The notes: generated by a model not told the origin, from the letters alone. 64,000 nt of DNA from Dehalococcoidales bacterium (GCA_028707255.1 JAQTUQ010000005.1:5539-69538), one strand, 5' to 3'; positions 27,580 to 38,031 are shown, counted from the first letter of the stretch. A program made the numbers and translations.

Positions 27580-28485
27580 TTAAATGATGTGTTCCAATGC
27601 CTGCTTCAAGTCGTCGGGCAGTTCGGACTGAAATTCCACGTATTTACCCGTTGATGGAAGACAAAACCCGATTCGATGCGCGTGCAGGAATTGACGGGAG
27701 AGAAACGGTGCTTTGATGCCATAGGTTATGTCACCCACTACCGGGAAACCGATAGCCGCCAGGTGTACCCTTATCTGGTGAGTGCGCCCTGTCTCCAGCG
27801 TAATTTCGAGCAATGAATAACCATCGTTAAAGTATTTGATAACCCGGTATCGTGTACGTGCTTCCTTCCCGTTTTCTGTAATTGCTATTCGTTTGCGGTT
27901 TCCCTTATCCCGCCCCAGATTGGCTTCGATAAGACCGGTTTCCGGTTTGATATGCCCTTTCACCAGCGTCAGGTATATCTTTATTACCGAACGGGACTTG
28001 AACTGTTCGGAAAGATTCGCCAGCGACTCCCTGTTCTTGGCAACCAGTACCAGCCCCGAGGTATCTTTGTCCAACCTGTGAACAATACCCGGGCGCAAGC
28101 GATCTCCACCGCTATCAGCTAACTGGGGGAAATGCGATAAGACGGCATTAACCAGTGTATGTTCGGGATGCCCGGGAGCCGGATGCACCGTAAGCCCGGC
28201 AGGCTTATCGATAACCAGCAGGTCTTCGTCTTCGTAGAGGATATCGATGGGAATCGGCTCAGCTTTAAGCCCGGTTGTATCAATCGCGGGGATACTGATT
28301 ATAATCCTGTCAGCGGTGTTGAGTTTATAACCGGCTTTTTCTGCGCGATTATTGACGGTAACTTTATTATCATCTATCAATTTTTGTATAAAACTGCGCG
28401 AAACCGGGGGGAGTTTTAAGGCGATATATTTATCGAGCCGCTCCCCTGCCCCCTCAACCAGCAATTCGTGGATTTCTTCAGCCAT
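27580..28485 (-). CDS. rluD: 23S rRNA pseudouridine synthase, RluD family
   Basis: S4 domain plus the HRLDKDTSG catalytic motif. Confidence 0.9.
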   Translation of the reverse strand: MAEEIHELLVEGAGERLDKYIALKLPPVSRSFIQKLIDDNKVTVNNRAEKAGYKLNTADRIIISIPAIDTTGLKAEPIPIDILYEDEDLLVIDKPAGLTVHPAPGHPEHTLVNAVLSHFPQLADSGGDRLRPGIVHRLDKDTSGLVLVAKNRESLANLSEQFKSRSVIKIYLTLVKGHIKPETGLIEANLGRDKGNRKRIAITENGKEARTRYRVIKYFNDGYSLLEITLETGRTHQIRVHLAAIGFPVVGDITYGIKAPFLSRQFLHAHRIGFCLPSTGKYVEFQSELPDDLKQALEHII

Positions 28486-28497
28486 AAATATAAACCG

Positions 28498-29010
28498 TCA
28501 GTCCCTGGCTAATCTGATATATGTTAAAGCCAAAAGTACCGCTCCCACGGAAATTCCGGCATCGGCCACATTGAAAGTGGCAAAGAAATCGACATCGATA
28601 AAATCGATAACATAACCGTAACTCAAGCGGTCGATGAGATTACCGACAGTGCCCCCCATAATCAGTCCGAGCGATAACCTGGCCGGCAGGCTCCTTAAAA
28701 ATTCGACACGGGTAGAAAGATAGAATACGATAAACAGCAACAGGATAACACCGATTATCGAAAATATGGACAATAAATATGTATGGTCGCGGAATATACT
28801 GAAGGCGGCACCGGTATTTTGTACATAGGTAATATGGAAAAAGCCCGATTCGGGAATGGACTCTCCGAGTGCGAGATTAGTCTTAACAATATATTTTGTT
28901 AACTGGTCTATCGCTATAACAGGTAACGAAACCCATAGAAAGAGGCCGCCCCGACTGTAAAACTCCCTTAAGAAGCTCTTTACTTTAAACATTCTTTGCT
29001 TTATTAGCAT
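28498..29010 (-). CDS. lspA: Lipoprotein signal peptidase II
   Basis: NTGAAFS and FNVAD motifs. An alternative ATG at 28992 would reduce the overlap with the upstream gene to 8 nt. Confidence 0.9.
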   Translation of the reverse strand: MLIKQRMFKVKSFLREFYSRGGLFLWVSLPVIAIDQLTKYIVKTNLALGESIPESGFFHITYVQNTGAAFSIFRDHTYLLSIFSIIGVILLLFIVFYLSTRVEFLRSLPARLSLGLIMGGTVGNLIDRLSYGYVIDFIDVDFFATFNVADAGISVGAVLLALTYIRLARD

Positions 29011-29344
29011 TACACTCCATGCAATATAATGCCTGTGGTAAAGCTTCCAATCTTTCAGGATTTATCGGCTTGCCGCATATCTCGCAGCTTCCGTAAGTTC
29101 CCTTTTCAAATTTATCCAATGCCCTTTCTACTTCAGACAGTTGCTCCCTGGTACGTTTTTCGAGCGCCATGCGATTTTCCAAATCCGCAGTTTCGGTGGC
29201 TTCCTCTTCCCTTTTGCCGAAGGGACTGCCTTCACGCCTGTTTTCGGTCGGACGGCTGGCTTTTAATTGTTCGAGCTGGTCTTCCAACCGCTTGCGGTCA
29301 TTCTCCAGGCGAAGCTTTATTAATTTATGATTCGTAGTATTCAC
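28985..29344 (-). CDS. DksA/TraR-family C4 zinc-finger protein
   Basis: CEICGKPI...CMEC (CxxC-N17-CxxC) after a coiled-coil region. Confidence 0.85.
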   Translation of the reverse strand: MNTTNHKLIKLRLENDRKRLEDQLEQLKASRPTENRREGSPFGKREEEATETADLENRMALEKRTREQLSEVERALDKFEKGTYGSCEICGKPINPERLEALPQALYCMECNANKAKNV

Positions 29345-29667
29345 TTGTCTGTCCCCCGTATAATAAGTGCTATTAAGCTGCTTCAGAAATTAATCTGAAG
29401 AACTGTAAATATGCTTCTATACTCATCGTTTATGGGAATAACGTAGAAAGCAGTAAAAAAGCTATCTGGATAAAAATGCATGCCGCGATAAAATCGTTGC
29501 CTTACCGTAGCGGGGAACCTGCCTTGAACAGACAGGCGCTATCCTGCAACCGAAATTATCACTTATATAATTAAACATGCGGCTTTTCATACCCCCTAAG
29601 TGTAACCTATTTATATCAGTTAATCAATACCCCTATCAATTTATTTTTATATTCGCGGGTAAAACTA

Positions 29668-29696
29668 TTGACACAGCTAAAATCTTCTGTTAAGAT
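29668..29696 (+). promoter_or_regulatory. Sigma-70-like promoter of the Fur-family/metal-uptake operon
   Basis: TTGACA, 17-nt spacer, TAAGAT. Confidence 0.6.
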
Positions 29697-29703
29697 ATGT
29701 AAC

Positions 29704-29717
29704 TGAAAATATTTTCA
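29704..29717 (+). promoter_or_regulatory. Putative Fur/Zur-family operator
   Basis: Perfect 14-bp palindrome TGAAAATATTTTCA, 7 nt downstream of the -10 hexamer. Confidence 0.6.
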
Positions 29718-29750
29718 ATTATATACCTGTGGAAAAAAGGGTAATTAATA

Positions 29751-30215
29751 ATGAAACTCAGTGAAGATAAAATTAAATCTGTCTTAAGACAGAACGGTTA
29801 CAAAGCTACCCCGCAAAGGTTGACTATTATCAAGGAGTTTGCAAAAAGCGATCAGTTTTTAACCCCGGCAGACCTGTATGAGAAGTTGAAAACCAGTAAT
29901 CCGGATACAGGAATGGTAACCGTATACCGTGTACTGGATATGCTGGACAGGCTGGGGCTGGTATGCAAGGTTCACGCCGGGGGTGACTGTCATAAATATA
30001 AAATAAACACGGCGGAGCATCATCATCATCTGCTCTGCTCAAATTGCGGAATTATAATCAATTTCCCCTGCGACGAACCGAATCTCGAAGAACTCAGAAA
30101 AAAAATAACCGCAGAAACCGGTTTTAATATAAAAACACACATTCTTGAATTCGTGGGGTTCTGCCCCAGATGCAGCAATGAAAGCCAGGGAACCGATCAT
30201 AACATCAAAGGATAA
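29751..30215 (+). CDS. Fur-family metalloregulator (Zur-like by context)
   Basis: Winged-helix N-terminus (TPQRLTI), HHHH, and two CxxC pairs (CSNC, CPRC). Confidence 0.85.
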   Translation: MKLSEDKIKSVLRQNGYKATPQRLTIIKEFAKSDQFLTPADLYEKLKTSNPDTGMVTVYRVLDMLDRLGLVCKVHAGGDCHKYKINTAEHHHHLLCSNCGIIINFPCDEPNLEELRKKITAETGFNIKTHILEFVGFCPRCSNESQGTDHNIKG

Positions 30216-30300
30216 GACGATACCAAACGGCATAAGAACAGAAACGGTTGTCGACGCCGCTCCCTGTTTTTAGATATATATTTTGGGAGGATAAAAACTA

Positions 30301-31230
30301 TTGAAAATAAATAGAACGATAACAAGAAGACATTTTGTAGCCGGGGCAGGAGCCCTGGTGCTGGCGGGATTGCTTGGAGGATGTAAATCCGACCCTGTGA
30401 CAACCACTCTCAAGGAAACGACCACTGCAACCGAAACGCTGACGCAGACCAGCACCGTAACAGAAACAGGCGACACATTAAAAATAATCGCTTCCATTAC
30501 CACCGTGGCGGACTTTGTTCAACAAATCGGGGGCAATAAAGTGGATGTTACCGTTATGGTTCCGCCCGGATACGAACCGCATACTTACGAACCGACTACC
30601 AGCCAGATGGTAAAAGTCAGCAGTGCCGCAGCTTATGTAAAAGTGGGGTCGGACATCGAATTCGAGACCACATGGATAGATAATATACTGGCGCTGAATA
30701 GAAATATGGTGGTAATAGATTGTTCTCCCGGGATAGAGATTATCGACGAAGACCCGCATATCTGGAATTCCCCGGTAAATGCTCAACAAATGTGTTTGAG
30801 TATATATAACGGCTTGATTTCAATAGACCCGCAAAATTCCGACTATTATCTTGCCAACTATGAAAGCTATATCGAAGAACTGGAAGAACTTCACAACCAT
30901 ATAACAGGATTATTTGAAGGATATCAGAATCGTCACTTCCTGATTTATCATCCGTCATTCGGATATTTTGCATCGGAATATAATCTGATACAACTATCTG
31001 TCGAAGAGGAAGGAAAAGAAACCACGGCACAGAAGATTCAGCAATGCATCGACGCCGCCAGAGCCAACAATTTGAATTATGTATTTGCCTCTCCATATGA
31101 GACCGGCGCATACGCCCAGTCAATTGCAAACGAGATAAGAGGTAGTGTATTATATCTTGACCCGCTACCTTCCTTATATATCGCTAATATGAGAAGCGCA
31201 GCGGCATCCATCGCACTGGAACTCGAATAG
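30301..31230 (+). CDS. Metal (Zn/Mn-type) ABC transporter substrate-binding lipoprotein, TroA/ZnuA fold
   Basis: TTG start. Twin-arginine motif TRRHFV plus lipobox LLGGC. Thr-rich linker. HIWNSP and YHPSFGYF family motifs. Confidence 0.85.
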   Translation: MKINRTITRRHFVAGAGALVLAGLLGGCKSDPVTTTLKETTTATETLTQTSTVTETGDTLKIIASITTVADFVQQIGGNKVDVTVMVPPGYEPHTYEPTTSQMVKVSSAAAYVKVGSDIEFETTWIDNILALNRNMVVIDCSPGIEIIDEDPHIWNSPVNAQQMCLSIYNGLISIDPQNSDYYLANYESYIEELEELHNHITGLFEGYQNRHFLIYHPSFGYFASEYNLIQLSVEEEGKETTAQKIQQCIDAARANNLNYVFASPYETGAYAQSIANEIRGSVLYLDPLPSLYIANMRSAAASIALELE

Positions 31231-31233
31231 GTT

Positions 31234-31998
31234 ATGTCTGTAGAAAAAGAAGTAGTTAAATTTGAAAACGTCTGGGCTTATTATAACAGTCACCCGGCGC
31301 TTCAGGATATCAATTTAGCTATACATGACCGGGATTTCCTGGGCATCATAGGACCTAACGGCGGTGGAAAAACCACCCTTCTTAAAATTATACTGGGTCT
31401 TTTAAAACCCCGGCGCGGTAAGGTTACCGTGCTGGGGAAAGACCCTTGCGAAAGCCGCTCACAAATCGGTTATGTTCCGCAAAAATCCTTTTTTGACAAG
31501 AATTTCCCCATCGATGTCTGGCAGGTAACTTTAATGGGGCTTTACAGCCAGACCGGCCTCTTCAGACGTTATTCCTGCGAAGATAAAAAGAAAGCGGAAG
31601 AAGCCCTCGACAGGGTCAGCATGCTGAAATACAGAAACCGCCAGATCGGAGAGCTTTCCGGCGGTCAACAAAAAAGAGTTTTTATTGCGCGTGCGCTGGC
31701 ATCCGACCCGAAGTTGCTGCTTCTGGACGAGCCCATGGAGAGTGTAGACCCCAAAGTGCAGGGTGAGCTTTACGGATTGCTTAAGGAACTCCAGCAGGAA
31801 ATGGCAATCGTACTCGTTTCCCACGACGTGACCGCTGTTTCCATTTATGTCGATGAGATCGCCTGTCTGAACCAAACACTGGTTTATCACGGTCCGAAAG
31901 AAATATCGGATGAAGTCCTGGAAGGCACCTATCAGTGCCCGATTCACCTGATTGCCCATGGAACTATTCCGCACCGTGTTTTAAAGGAGCACCAGTAG
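31234..31998 (+). CDS. Metal ABC transporter ATP-binding protein
   Basis: Walker [10 protein letters not shown], signature LSGGQQKR, Walker B LLLLDEP. Confidence 0.92.
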   Translation: MSVEKEVVKFENVWAYYNSHPALQDINLAIHDRDFLGIIGPNGGGKTTLLKIILGLLKPRRGKVTVLGKDPCESRSQIGYVPQKSFFDKNFPIDVWQVTLMGLYSQTGLFRRYSCEDKKKAEEALDRVSMLKYRNRQIGELSGGQQKRVFIARALASDPKLLLLDEPMESVDPKVQGELYGLLKELQQEMAIVLVSHDVTAVSIYVDEIACLNQTLVYHGPKEISDEVLEGTYQCPIHLIAHGTIPHRVLKEHQ

Positions 31999-32828
31999 TG
32001 TTCGATATATTCGGATACCACTTCATGCAAAACGCAATGCTGGCGGGACTGCTGGCATCGATTGCCTGCGGCATCATCGGCGCCTATGTGGTTTCCAAGA
32101 AAATCGTCTTTATCAGCGGCGGCATCGCACATGCCTCTTTCGGCGGTATCGGAATCGGTTATTTCCTCGGCATCAATCCCGTTTTAGGCGCCACAGGTTT
32201 CGGTCTGATATCGGCGATAGCAATGGGGCTGACCACCCGCAGAACTAAACTGCCAGAAGACACGGTTATCGGTATCCTGTGGGCAACCGGCATGGCATTG
32301 GGAGCTATCTTTATCAGCCTGACTCCGGGATACACAACCAATCTTTTCAGCTATTTATTCGGCAACATTTTAACCGTTCCGGATTCCGAATTGCTGCTGA
32401 TACTGGTACTGGATATCCTTATCTTCGCGGTGGTCGCTCTTTTATACAAGGAATTTCTCGCTGTATCCTTCGATGAAGAATACAGCACCGTTATCGGCAT
32501 GCCGACGGAAAAAATATACCTCACCATGCTCTGCCTGATTGCCCTGACAATCGTGGTAATGATACGCGTTGTCGGCATCATACTGGTAATTGCCCTGCTT
32601 ACCATACCAGCCTCGCTGGCGCGCCAGTTTACCAATGATATGAAAAAATTGATGGCGCTTTCCGTATTGTTCAGCGCCATCTTCACATTTACTGGACTGA
32701 TGCTTTCCTACTGGTTCGACCTGGCATCGGGAGCGACTATAATCGTTACCGGCGTCGTTATCTTCGCACTTGTTATTGCAATACGAAAACTGCTATCCTC
32801 CAGAGGGTTGCCATCTCAAAAGATGTAG
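31998..32828 (+). CDS. Metal ABC transporter permease (ZnuB/TroC-like)
   Basis: GTG 31998 overlaps the upstream TAG by 1 nt, with an AAGGAG SD 9 nt upstream. Polytopic. Confidence 0.88.
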   Translation: MFDIFGYHFMQNAMLAGLLASIACGIIGAYVVSKKIVFISGGIAHASFGGIGIGYFLGINPVLGATGFGLISAIAMGLTTRRTKLPEDTVIGILWATGMALGAIFISLTPGYTTNLFSYLFGNILTVPDSELLLILVLDILIFAVVALLYKEFLAVSFDEEYSTVIGMPTEKIYLTMLCLIALTIVVMIRVVGIILVIALLTIPASLARQFTNDMKKLMALSVLFSAIFTFTGLMLSYWFDLASGATIIVTGVVIFALVIAIRKLLSSRGLPSQKM

Positions 32829-32864
32829 CCTATAATCAGTAGAAAATCAGCGGGGGTAAATAAA

Positions 32865-33785
32865 GTGAACCTTTCCGTTCAGCTGGCGCCCAAAAACAAG
32901 CGCGGGTTACTTCTTTCCAATCCAGTTATGACGGCTTCCGGCACGTTCGGTTACGGAACCGAATACAGCAATATTATCGATATCCAAAAACTGGGAGCCA
33001 TTATCTGCAAGGGAACCACTCTCGAACCGAGAGACGGCAATCCTCAACCCCGGGTATGCGAAACCGGCTGGGGTATGCTGAATGCTATCGGGCTGCAGAA
33101 TATCGGCATTGATGCCCTGATAAAGGAAAAAGCACCCGAGTGGGCAAAATGGCAAGTGCCGGTTATAGTTAATATTGCCGGAAAGACCATCGATGACTAC
33201 GCTAAACTGGCAGCCATGCTTGATAATGTAAAAGGTATCAGAGGGCTGGAAGTGAATATCAGCTGCCCTAATATCAAAGCCGGCGGTGTCGAGTTCGGTA
33301 TCAACCCCGATTCTGCCGCTACTGTAACTTGCGCAGTGCGCCAAGCCACTACCCTGCCCGTCATCGTAAAACTGACCCCCAACGTAGCAGATATCAAAAG
33401 CATTGCCATAGCGGTTGAGGCTGCCGGAGCGGATGCAGTATCCCTTATCAATACCCTGAGGGGAATGGCGATAGATATCTATAAAAAGAAACCCCTGTTG
33501 GGCAATGTTACCGGCGGTCTTTCCGGTCCTGCAATAAAACCGGTAGCTCTCTCAATGGTATATGAGGCAGCAGGAGCTATTAAGATACCCGTTATCGGCT
33601 GTGGGGGGATTGCTACTGCTACGGACGCCATCGAATTTTTAATGGCGGGCGCCACTGCCGTGCAGGTGGGTACTGCCATATTCGTCAATCCGCAAGCGCC
33701 TATTGATGTACTCGAAGGAATAAAAGACTTTATGTGTAAACGCGGAATAGATGATATAAATAAACTTATCGGAAATGCCCGCTAA
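32865..33785 (+). CDS. pyrD: Dihydroorotate dehydrogenase, class 1 catalytic subunit
   Basis: NPVMTASGTFGYG, NISCPN, GGLSGPAIKP motifs. Confidence 0.93.
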   Translation: MNLSVQLAPKNKRGLLLSNPVMTASGTFGYGTEYSNIIDIQKLGAIICKGTTLEPRDGNPQPRVCETGWGMLNAIGLQNIGIDALIKEKAPEWAKWQVPVIVNIAGKTIDDYAKLAAMLDNVKGIRGLEVNISCPNIKAGGVEFGINPDSAATVTCAVRQATTLPVIVKLTPNVADIKSIAIAVEAAGADAVSLINTLRGMAIDIYKKKPLLGNVTGGLSGPAIKPVALSMVYEAAGAIKIPVIGCGGIATATDAIEFLMAGATAVQVGTAIFVNPQAPIDVLEGIKDFMCKRGIDDINKLIGNAR

Positions 33786-33812
33786 TCCCCAAAATTTGCC
33801 CGGACTTTTTAT

Positions 33813-35405
33813 ATGTCGTTAAATTATTTATTAAATCGAACATATAAAGGGCTGAATAAAAAATTAATCTGCCTGCTTGCCCTTATATGCCTTGTTTCCC
33901 TGTTTTTACCCGGGTGCGCCGGCGCTGCGGAATCGCAAACCTCAAAAACTCTTAACGGCTACCCAGATATCGACAAATATATCGGGCAGATTCAGGAGAA
34001 AGAAAACATCCCCGGAATTGCAATAGTAGTGGTACAGAGCGGCGAAGTTGTCTACTGTAATACCTACGGCATCGCCAGCGTCGAGAGCAACGCACCACTG
34101 ACAACCACTACTCTTTTCGACCTAGCATCGCTTACCAAATCGTTTACCGCACTGGCGGTTTTACTGTTAGAGGACACGGGGCTGATAGATATCGACCAGC
34201 CATTGCAGAGATACCTGCCCGATTTTCAGATAGCAGATTCGAGAGGAGCGGATATTACCGTCCGTCACCTTTTAAACCAGACCGGCGGCATCCCGGGAAT
34301 TTTCTCTGAAATCCTGATTTTCCACGACAGCTACGAAGGGATGCTGGCTTCACTGGGCAATTTGAGATTGAACGGCGAACCGGGGAGTGCCTTCGAATAT
34401 GCCGACCTGAACTATTGCCTGCTGGGAGCGCTGATCGAAAGCGTATCGGGCATGACCTATGAAGAATATATGGAAGTTAATGTATTTACTCACCTTGGCA
34501 TGAACCATACTACTGTCGACCCGGATAAAGCCGAAATCCTTGGAAAAGCCGACGGGCACCAACCGATGTACGGCAAAGTAGTTGTCCGAAACATCCCCGC
34601 CATGAAAAGCGCCAGGGCAGCCGGCTGGGTGATGTCATGTGCCGAGGATATGGGGAAATGGCTGCTGGTCAACTTGAACAACGGGGTTTTAAAAGGCAAA
34701 CAGGTGGTTTCGGCTGATATCATAGAGGAATTACATTCGATAGCCATACTCTACAAGGATAACAATGAGCAAATGGCTTACGGCATGGGATGGAGCATCA
34801 GCTATAACAGCGATATCCTCTACCATTTTCATTGCGGAGATACTCCCAATTTTACCGGCGACATGCTGCTGCTGCCCGACTATGATACCGGGATTGCCGT
34901 GCTGGTAAACGGGCAGGTTAGCAACGTCAGCCACAACATCGCCACCGAAATCGCCAATATATTGCTGGGTTTGAAACTGACTTCCATCAATGTGCCCTGG
35001 TGGGCGCACTGGAAAGCGCTGGACACACTGGCAACCGGTATCCTTTTTTCGGTAATCGGATTGTTTGTCATATTTATAATGTATCTATGGTGGATATTTC
35101 GCCAATTTCGCGCTGGTAAACGCTGTTTCTTCCGGTCACATATCGCCGGGCCTTTCCCGCCGGCATGGCAAATCGTGCTTTATTCGCTGCCGATGGTCAT
35201 CTTTTCCATGATATTTGCCTCCGGAAACGTGGTACTGAATACTTTATACGGCTATAACATCTTCGAAGCGCTGGCGCTCTTTCAGATGGGAGCGCCACCC
35301 GGCCTTTATCTTTCGGCAATACTATCGATTGTAATAATGACATTGTGGGTTATGCTGCTGGTTTTGGTGGGTCTGTTTATCCGGCAAACAAAACAGATTT
35401 GCTAA
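33813..35405 (+). CDS. Serine hydrolase (beta-lactamase/PBP4* fold) lipoprotein with C-terminal polytopic membrane domain
   Basis: Lipobox LPGC, SxxK motif (SLTKS), and about 4 TM segments in the last 150 aa or so. Confidence 0.8.
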   Translation: MSLNYLLNRTYKGLNKKLICLLALICLVSLFLPGCAGAAESQTSKTLNGYPDIDKYIGQIQEKENIPGIAIVVVQSGEVVYCNTYGIASVESNAPLTTTTLFDLASLTKSFTALAVLLLEDTGLIDIDQPLQRYLPDFQIADSRGADITVRHLLNQTGGIPGIFSEILIFHDSYEGMLASLGNLRLNGEPGSAFEYADLNYCLLGALIESVSGMTYEEYMEVNVFTHLGMNHTTVDPDKAEILGKADGHQPMYGKVVVRNIPAMKSARAAGWVMSCAEDMGKWLLVNLNNGVLKGKQVVSADIIEELHSIAILYKDNNEQMAYGMGWSISYNSDILYHFHCGDTPNFTGDMLLLPDYDTGIAVLVNGQVSNVSHNIATEIANILLGLKLTSINVPWWAHWKALDTLATGILFSVIGLFVIFIMYLWWIFRQFRAGKRCFFRSHIAGPFPPAWQIVLYSLPMVIFSMIFASGNVVLNTLYGYNIFEALALFQMGAPPGLYLSAILSIVIMTLWVMLLVLVGLFIRQTKQIC

Positions 35406-35974
35406 GGCTCTGTCAGCTTCTGCCCGGCAAGGTAAGCCTTGCCCAGTGCACCCGGCTCCAGGCTGATGTTTCCGGCTTTATCTATACCGGAAAAGACCAG
35501 TTCACCGGCATATTCGATATTCAGGCTGATAAAGAGCGCTCTTACTGTAGCGATTGCCGGCTGAAAGAGATTGGGCAACCTCTGCCCCCCGACCGAAACA
35601 AACAGCCCTTTGCGTACCTTTTCATCTCCCAGTGGCGGGATGTGCAGTTTATACTTCTTCGCCCATAACGACTGGCAGCGGTCTACCATGGCCTTGGTTT
35701 GGGCGGTAAGCCCCATAAAATGCAGCGGAGAAGCCAGCACGAATCTGTCCGCCAGCATCAGTTCTTTATATACATCCTGCATATCATCATCGATTTTGCA
35801 GATTCCGGCTGTAAAACAGGCATCGCAGTTCTGGCAGGGGGCAATCTTCAACTCGCTCAGAATAACGGTTTTCACTTCAGCCCCGTTATTGGAAGCGCCA
35901 CGCAATACCTCTGCCAAAAGCTTATCGGTGTTGCCGTTGCGGCGTGGACTGCCGGCTATTCCCAGCACTCTCAC
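35402..35974 (-). CDS. Iron-sulfur flavoprotein / NADPH-dependent FMN reductase family
   Basis: GSPRRNGNT flavodoxin-like loop. Compact CQNCDACFTAGIC (Cx2Cx2Cx5C) motif, as in Isf proteins. Confidence 0.8.
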   Translation of the reverse strand: MRVLGIAGSPRRNGNTDKLLAEVLRGASNNGAEVKTVILSELKIAPCQNCDACFTAGICKIDDDMQDVYKELMLADRFVLASPLHFMGLTAQTKAMVDRCQSLWAKKYKLHIPPLGDEKVRKGLFVSVGGQRLPNLFQPAIATVRALFISLNIEYAGELVFSGIDKAGNISLEPGALGKAYLAGQKLTEP

Positions 35975-36462
35975 TGTAAATCCCCCACAATAGATTCGAG
36001 GATGATTTTTTCACGCGCTTCCATTTTATCCGCTTCCTCGTCTTTGATATGGTCGTAACCCAGAAGATGCAGAACCCCGTGGATGGCAAGAACTGCCACT
36101 TCTTTGTCCACAGAATGATTGTTTTCTGCCGCTTGAATCACCGCCTGCGGATAGCTGATAATAACTTCTCCAATGTGTTTTATACCATCCGGCGGCACAA
36201 TGAACGAAAAATCCTCCCCGTCTTCAGAGGGGAGTTCATCCTGCATGGCAAAAGAGAGTACGTCGGTAGGTTTATCTATTTTACGATAATCTTTATTGAG
36301 CTGGTGGATTCTCTCCTGCCCGGTCACCAGCAGGCTCATTTCGATGTTATCACCGGCATTCTCGGCTTTGAGCGCGGCTTCGATTATTTCCTGTAACCAT
36401 TTTTCGTCGAGGCAATCCTCGAAACCCTCATCGAAAAGGATATCTATTTCCATAGTGCTCAT
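35971..36462 (-). CDS. ybeY: rRNA maturation endoribonuclease YbeY
   Basis: HGVLHLLGYDH metal site. The start is ambiguous (ATG 36462 or 36453; the ORF is open to TTG 36489). Confidence 0.9.
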   Translation of the reverse strand: MSTMEIDILFDEGFEDCLDEKWLQEIIEAALKAENAGDNIEMSLLVTGQERIHQLNKDYRKIDKPTDVLSFAMQDELPSEDGEDFSFIVPPDGIKHIGEVIISYPQAVIQAAENNHSVDKEVAVLAIHGVLHLLGYDHIKDEEADKMEAREKIILESIVGDLQ

Positions 36463-36540
36463 AATAGCACAGGAATAAGGTATCCACAATCATTTTTAAG
36501 AATAAAACGAAGGAAAATGTCGTTGGATAATAATTTCAGA

Positions 36541-36632
36541 CCTCACCCCTAACCCCTCTCCGCACGCAGAGAGGGGAATACCGGCAGTTCCCCCCTTCTC
36601 TGATTTCGGAGAAGGGGGACAGGTGGATGAGG
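36541..36632. repeat. Family-D long inverted repeat
   Basis: CCTCACCCCTAACCCCTCTCCGCACGCAGAGAGGGG ... CCCCCCTTCTCTGATTTCGGAGAAGGGGGACAGGTGGATGAGG. Confidence 0.8.
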
Positions 36633-36721
36633 TTTTACCAAATTTAAAAGAAATCCCCCCTAACCCCGCCGCATTTATTACGTTATACTTATTGATGATA
36701 CGGAATCAAGGAGGACATATC

Positions 36722-38002
36722 ATGAAAAAATTTATATTTTTACTTTTAAGCGTCGTGCTTGTCCTGAGCACGGTTTCCTGCTCTCAAACGCAGACTTACG
36801 GAGCCGAAGCCAAATCGGATAAACCCTATGACACCTCTCCCACAGTCAGCGATTCGGCACTGGCAGCGCTCGTAAACGGCAATAACGAGTTCGCTTTCGA
36901 GCTTTACAAGCGGCTTTCAGCCACAAAAGACGGCAACTTCTTCTACTCACCTTACAGCATATCGCTGGCTTTAGCGATGACATATGCCGGAGCTAACGGG
37001 CAAACCGAAGCACAGATGGCAGAGGTCTTAAACTTCCTGTTAGAGGATGAGGAACTTCATTCTGCCTTCAATAAACTGGCTATCGAACTCAACAGCCGCA
37101 ACGATGTACCCCAAAACAGCGAGGCGCAGGGTTTCGAGCTTAATATCGTCAATGCCACCTGGGGGCAGAAAGGCTTCGAGTTTATGCAGGCATTTCTGGA
37201 TATCCTGGCTGAAAATTACGATGCCGGGATCAGGCTACTGGATTATGAAAAAGACCCCGAAGCATGCAGACAAGCAATCAATGACTGGGTATACGAACAG
37301 ACCAACGGGCGCATCGAAGACCTTATACCCGAAGGCGCTATCGACCAGATGACAAGGCTGGTTCTTACCAACGCCATCTACTTCAACGCCGCCTGGCTTA
37401 ACCAGTTCGACGAGGAATATACTTATGACGATACCTTCTATCTGCCCGATGGTAGTACCGTTACGGTACCGATGATGCACCAGACCGACCGCTTCAGCTA
37501 TGTAAACGAGGACAACTATACAGTAATCGAATTACTCTATGATATCTATGATATGTCGATGGTAATTATCATGCCGGACGAAGGCACATTTGCCGATTTC
37601 GAAAACTCGCTGACATCCGAACTCGTAGATAATATCATCGGCAGCATGACATCGGGGCAGGTCAACCTTAGCATGCCCAAATTCGAATTCGAATCGGAAT
37701 TCAACTTAAACGATGCCCTAAAGGCAATGGGCATGAGCGATGCTTTTTCCGATTCTGCCGACTTCTCGGGGATAACAGATAAAGCTGACCTTATCATAAG
37801 CGATGTCATTCACAAGGCATTTGTCTCAGTCAATGAAGAGGGCACAGAAGCAGCAGCAGCCACCGCTGTAATCTTTCAGGAAACCTCCATGCCCATAGAA
37901 ATCGGCGAGGTCAATATCAATCATTCGTTCATTTTCTTAATAAGAGACATCCAGACCGGAACTACCCTGTTTATCGGAAGAGTTATTAATCCGGCTGTCT
38001 AG
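36722..38002 (+). CDS. Serpin (lipoprotein), copy 1
   Basis: AAGGAGG SD plus ATG 36722. Signal peptide/Cys (LSTVSC). Serpin core (FSPYSISLALAMTYAGA, NAIYFNAAW). Inhibitory-type hinge EEGTEAAAAT. Confidence 0.9.
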   Translation: MKKFIFLLLSVVLVLSTVSCSQTQTYGAEAKSDKPYDTSPTVSDSALAALVNGNNEFAFELYKRLSATKDGNFFYSPYSISLALAMTYAGANGQTEAQMAEVLNFLLEDEELHSAFNKLAIELNSRNDVPQNSEAQGFELNIVNATWGQKGFEFMQAFLDILAENYDAGIRLLDYEKDPEACRQAINDWVYEQTNGRIEDLIPEGAIDQMTRLVLTNAIYFNAAWLNQFDEEYTYDDTFYLPDGSTVTVPMMHQTDRFSYVNEDNYTVIELLYDIYDMSMVIIMPDEGTFADFENSLTSELVDNIIGSMTSGQVNLSMPKFEFESEFNLNDALKAMGMSDAFSDSADFSGITDKADLIISDVIHKAFVSVNEEGTEAAAATAVIFQETSMPIEIGEVNINHSFIFLIRDIQTGTTLFIGRVINPAV

Positions 38003-38031
38003 ACTGCGGATAACCGCAAAGGAGAGCTAAT

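Noticed and set aside
29345-29667. Riboswitch or sRNA in the 406-bp divergent spacer between the DksA-like gene and the Fur-family gene
   Set aside because: Only one short hairpin is present (CTTCAGA-N6-TCTGAAG, 29379-29398), with no motif I can match to a known riboswitch class. A 32-codon ATG ORF at about 29476 lacks an SD. This is left unexplained rather than called.
36623-36721. Longer start for serpin 1 inside the family-D repeat
   Set aside because: The extension is translated repeat sequence. The ATG at 36722 has an AAGGAGG SD and begins a proper signal peptide.
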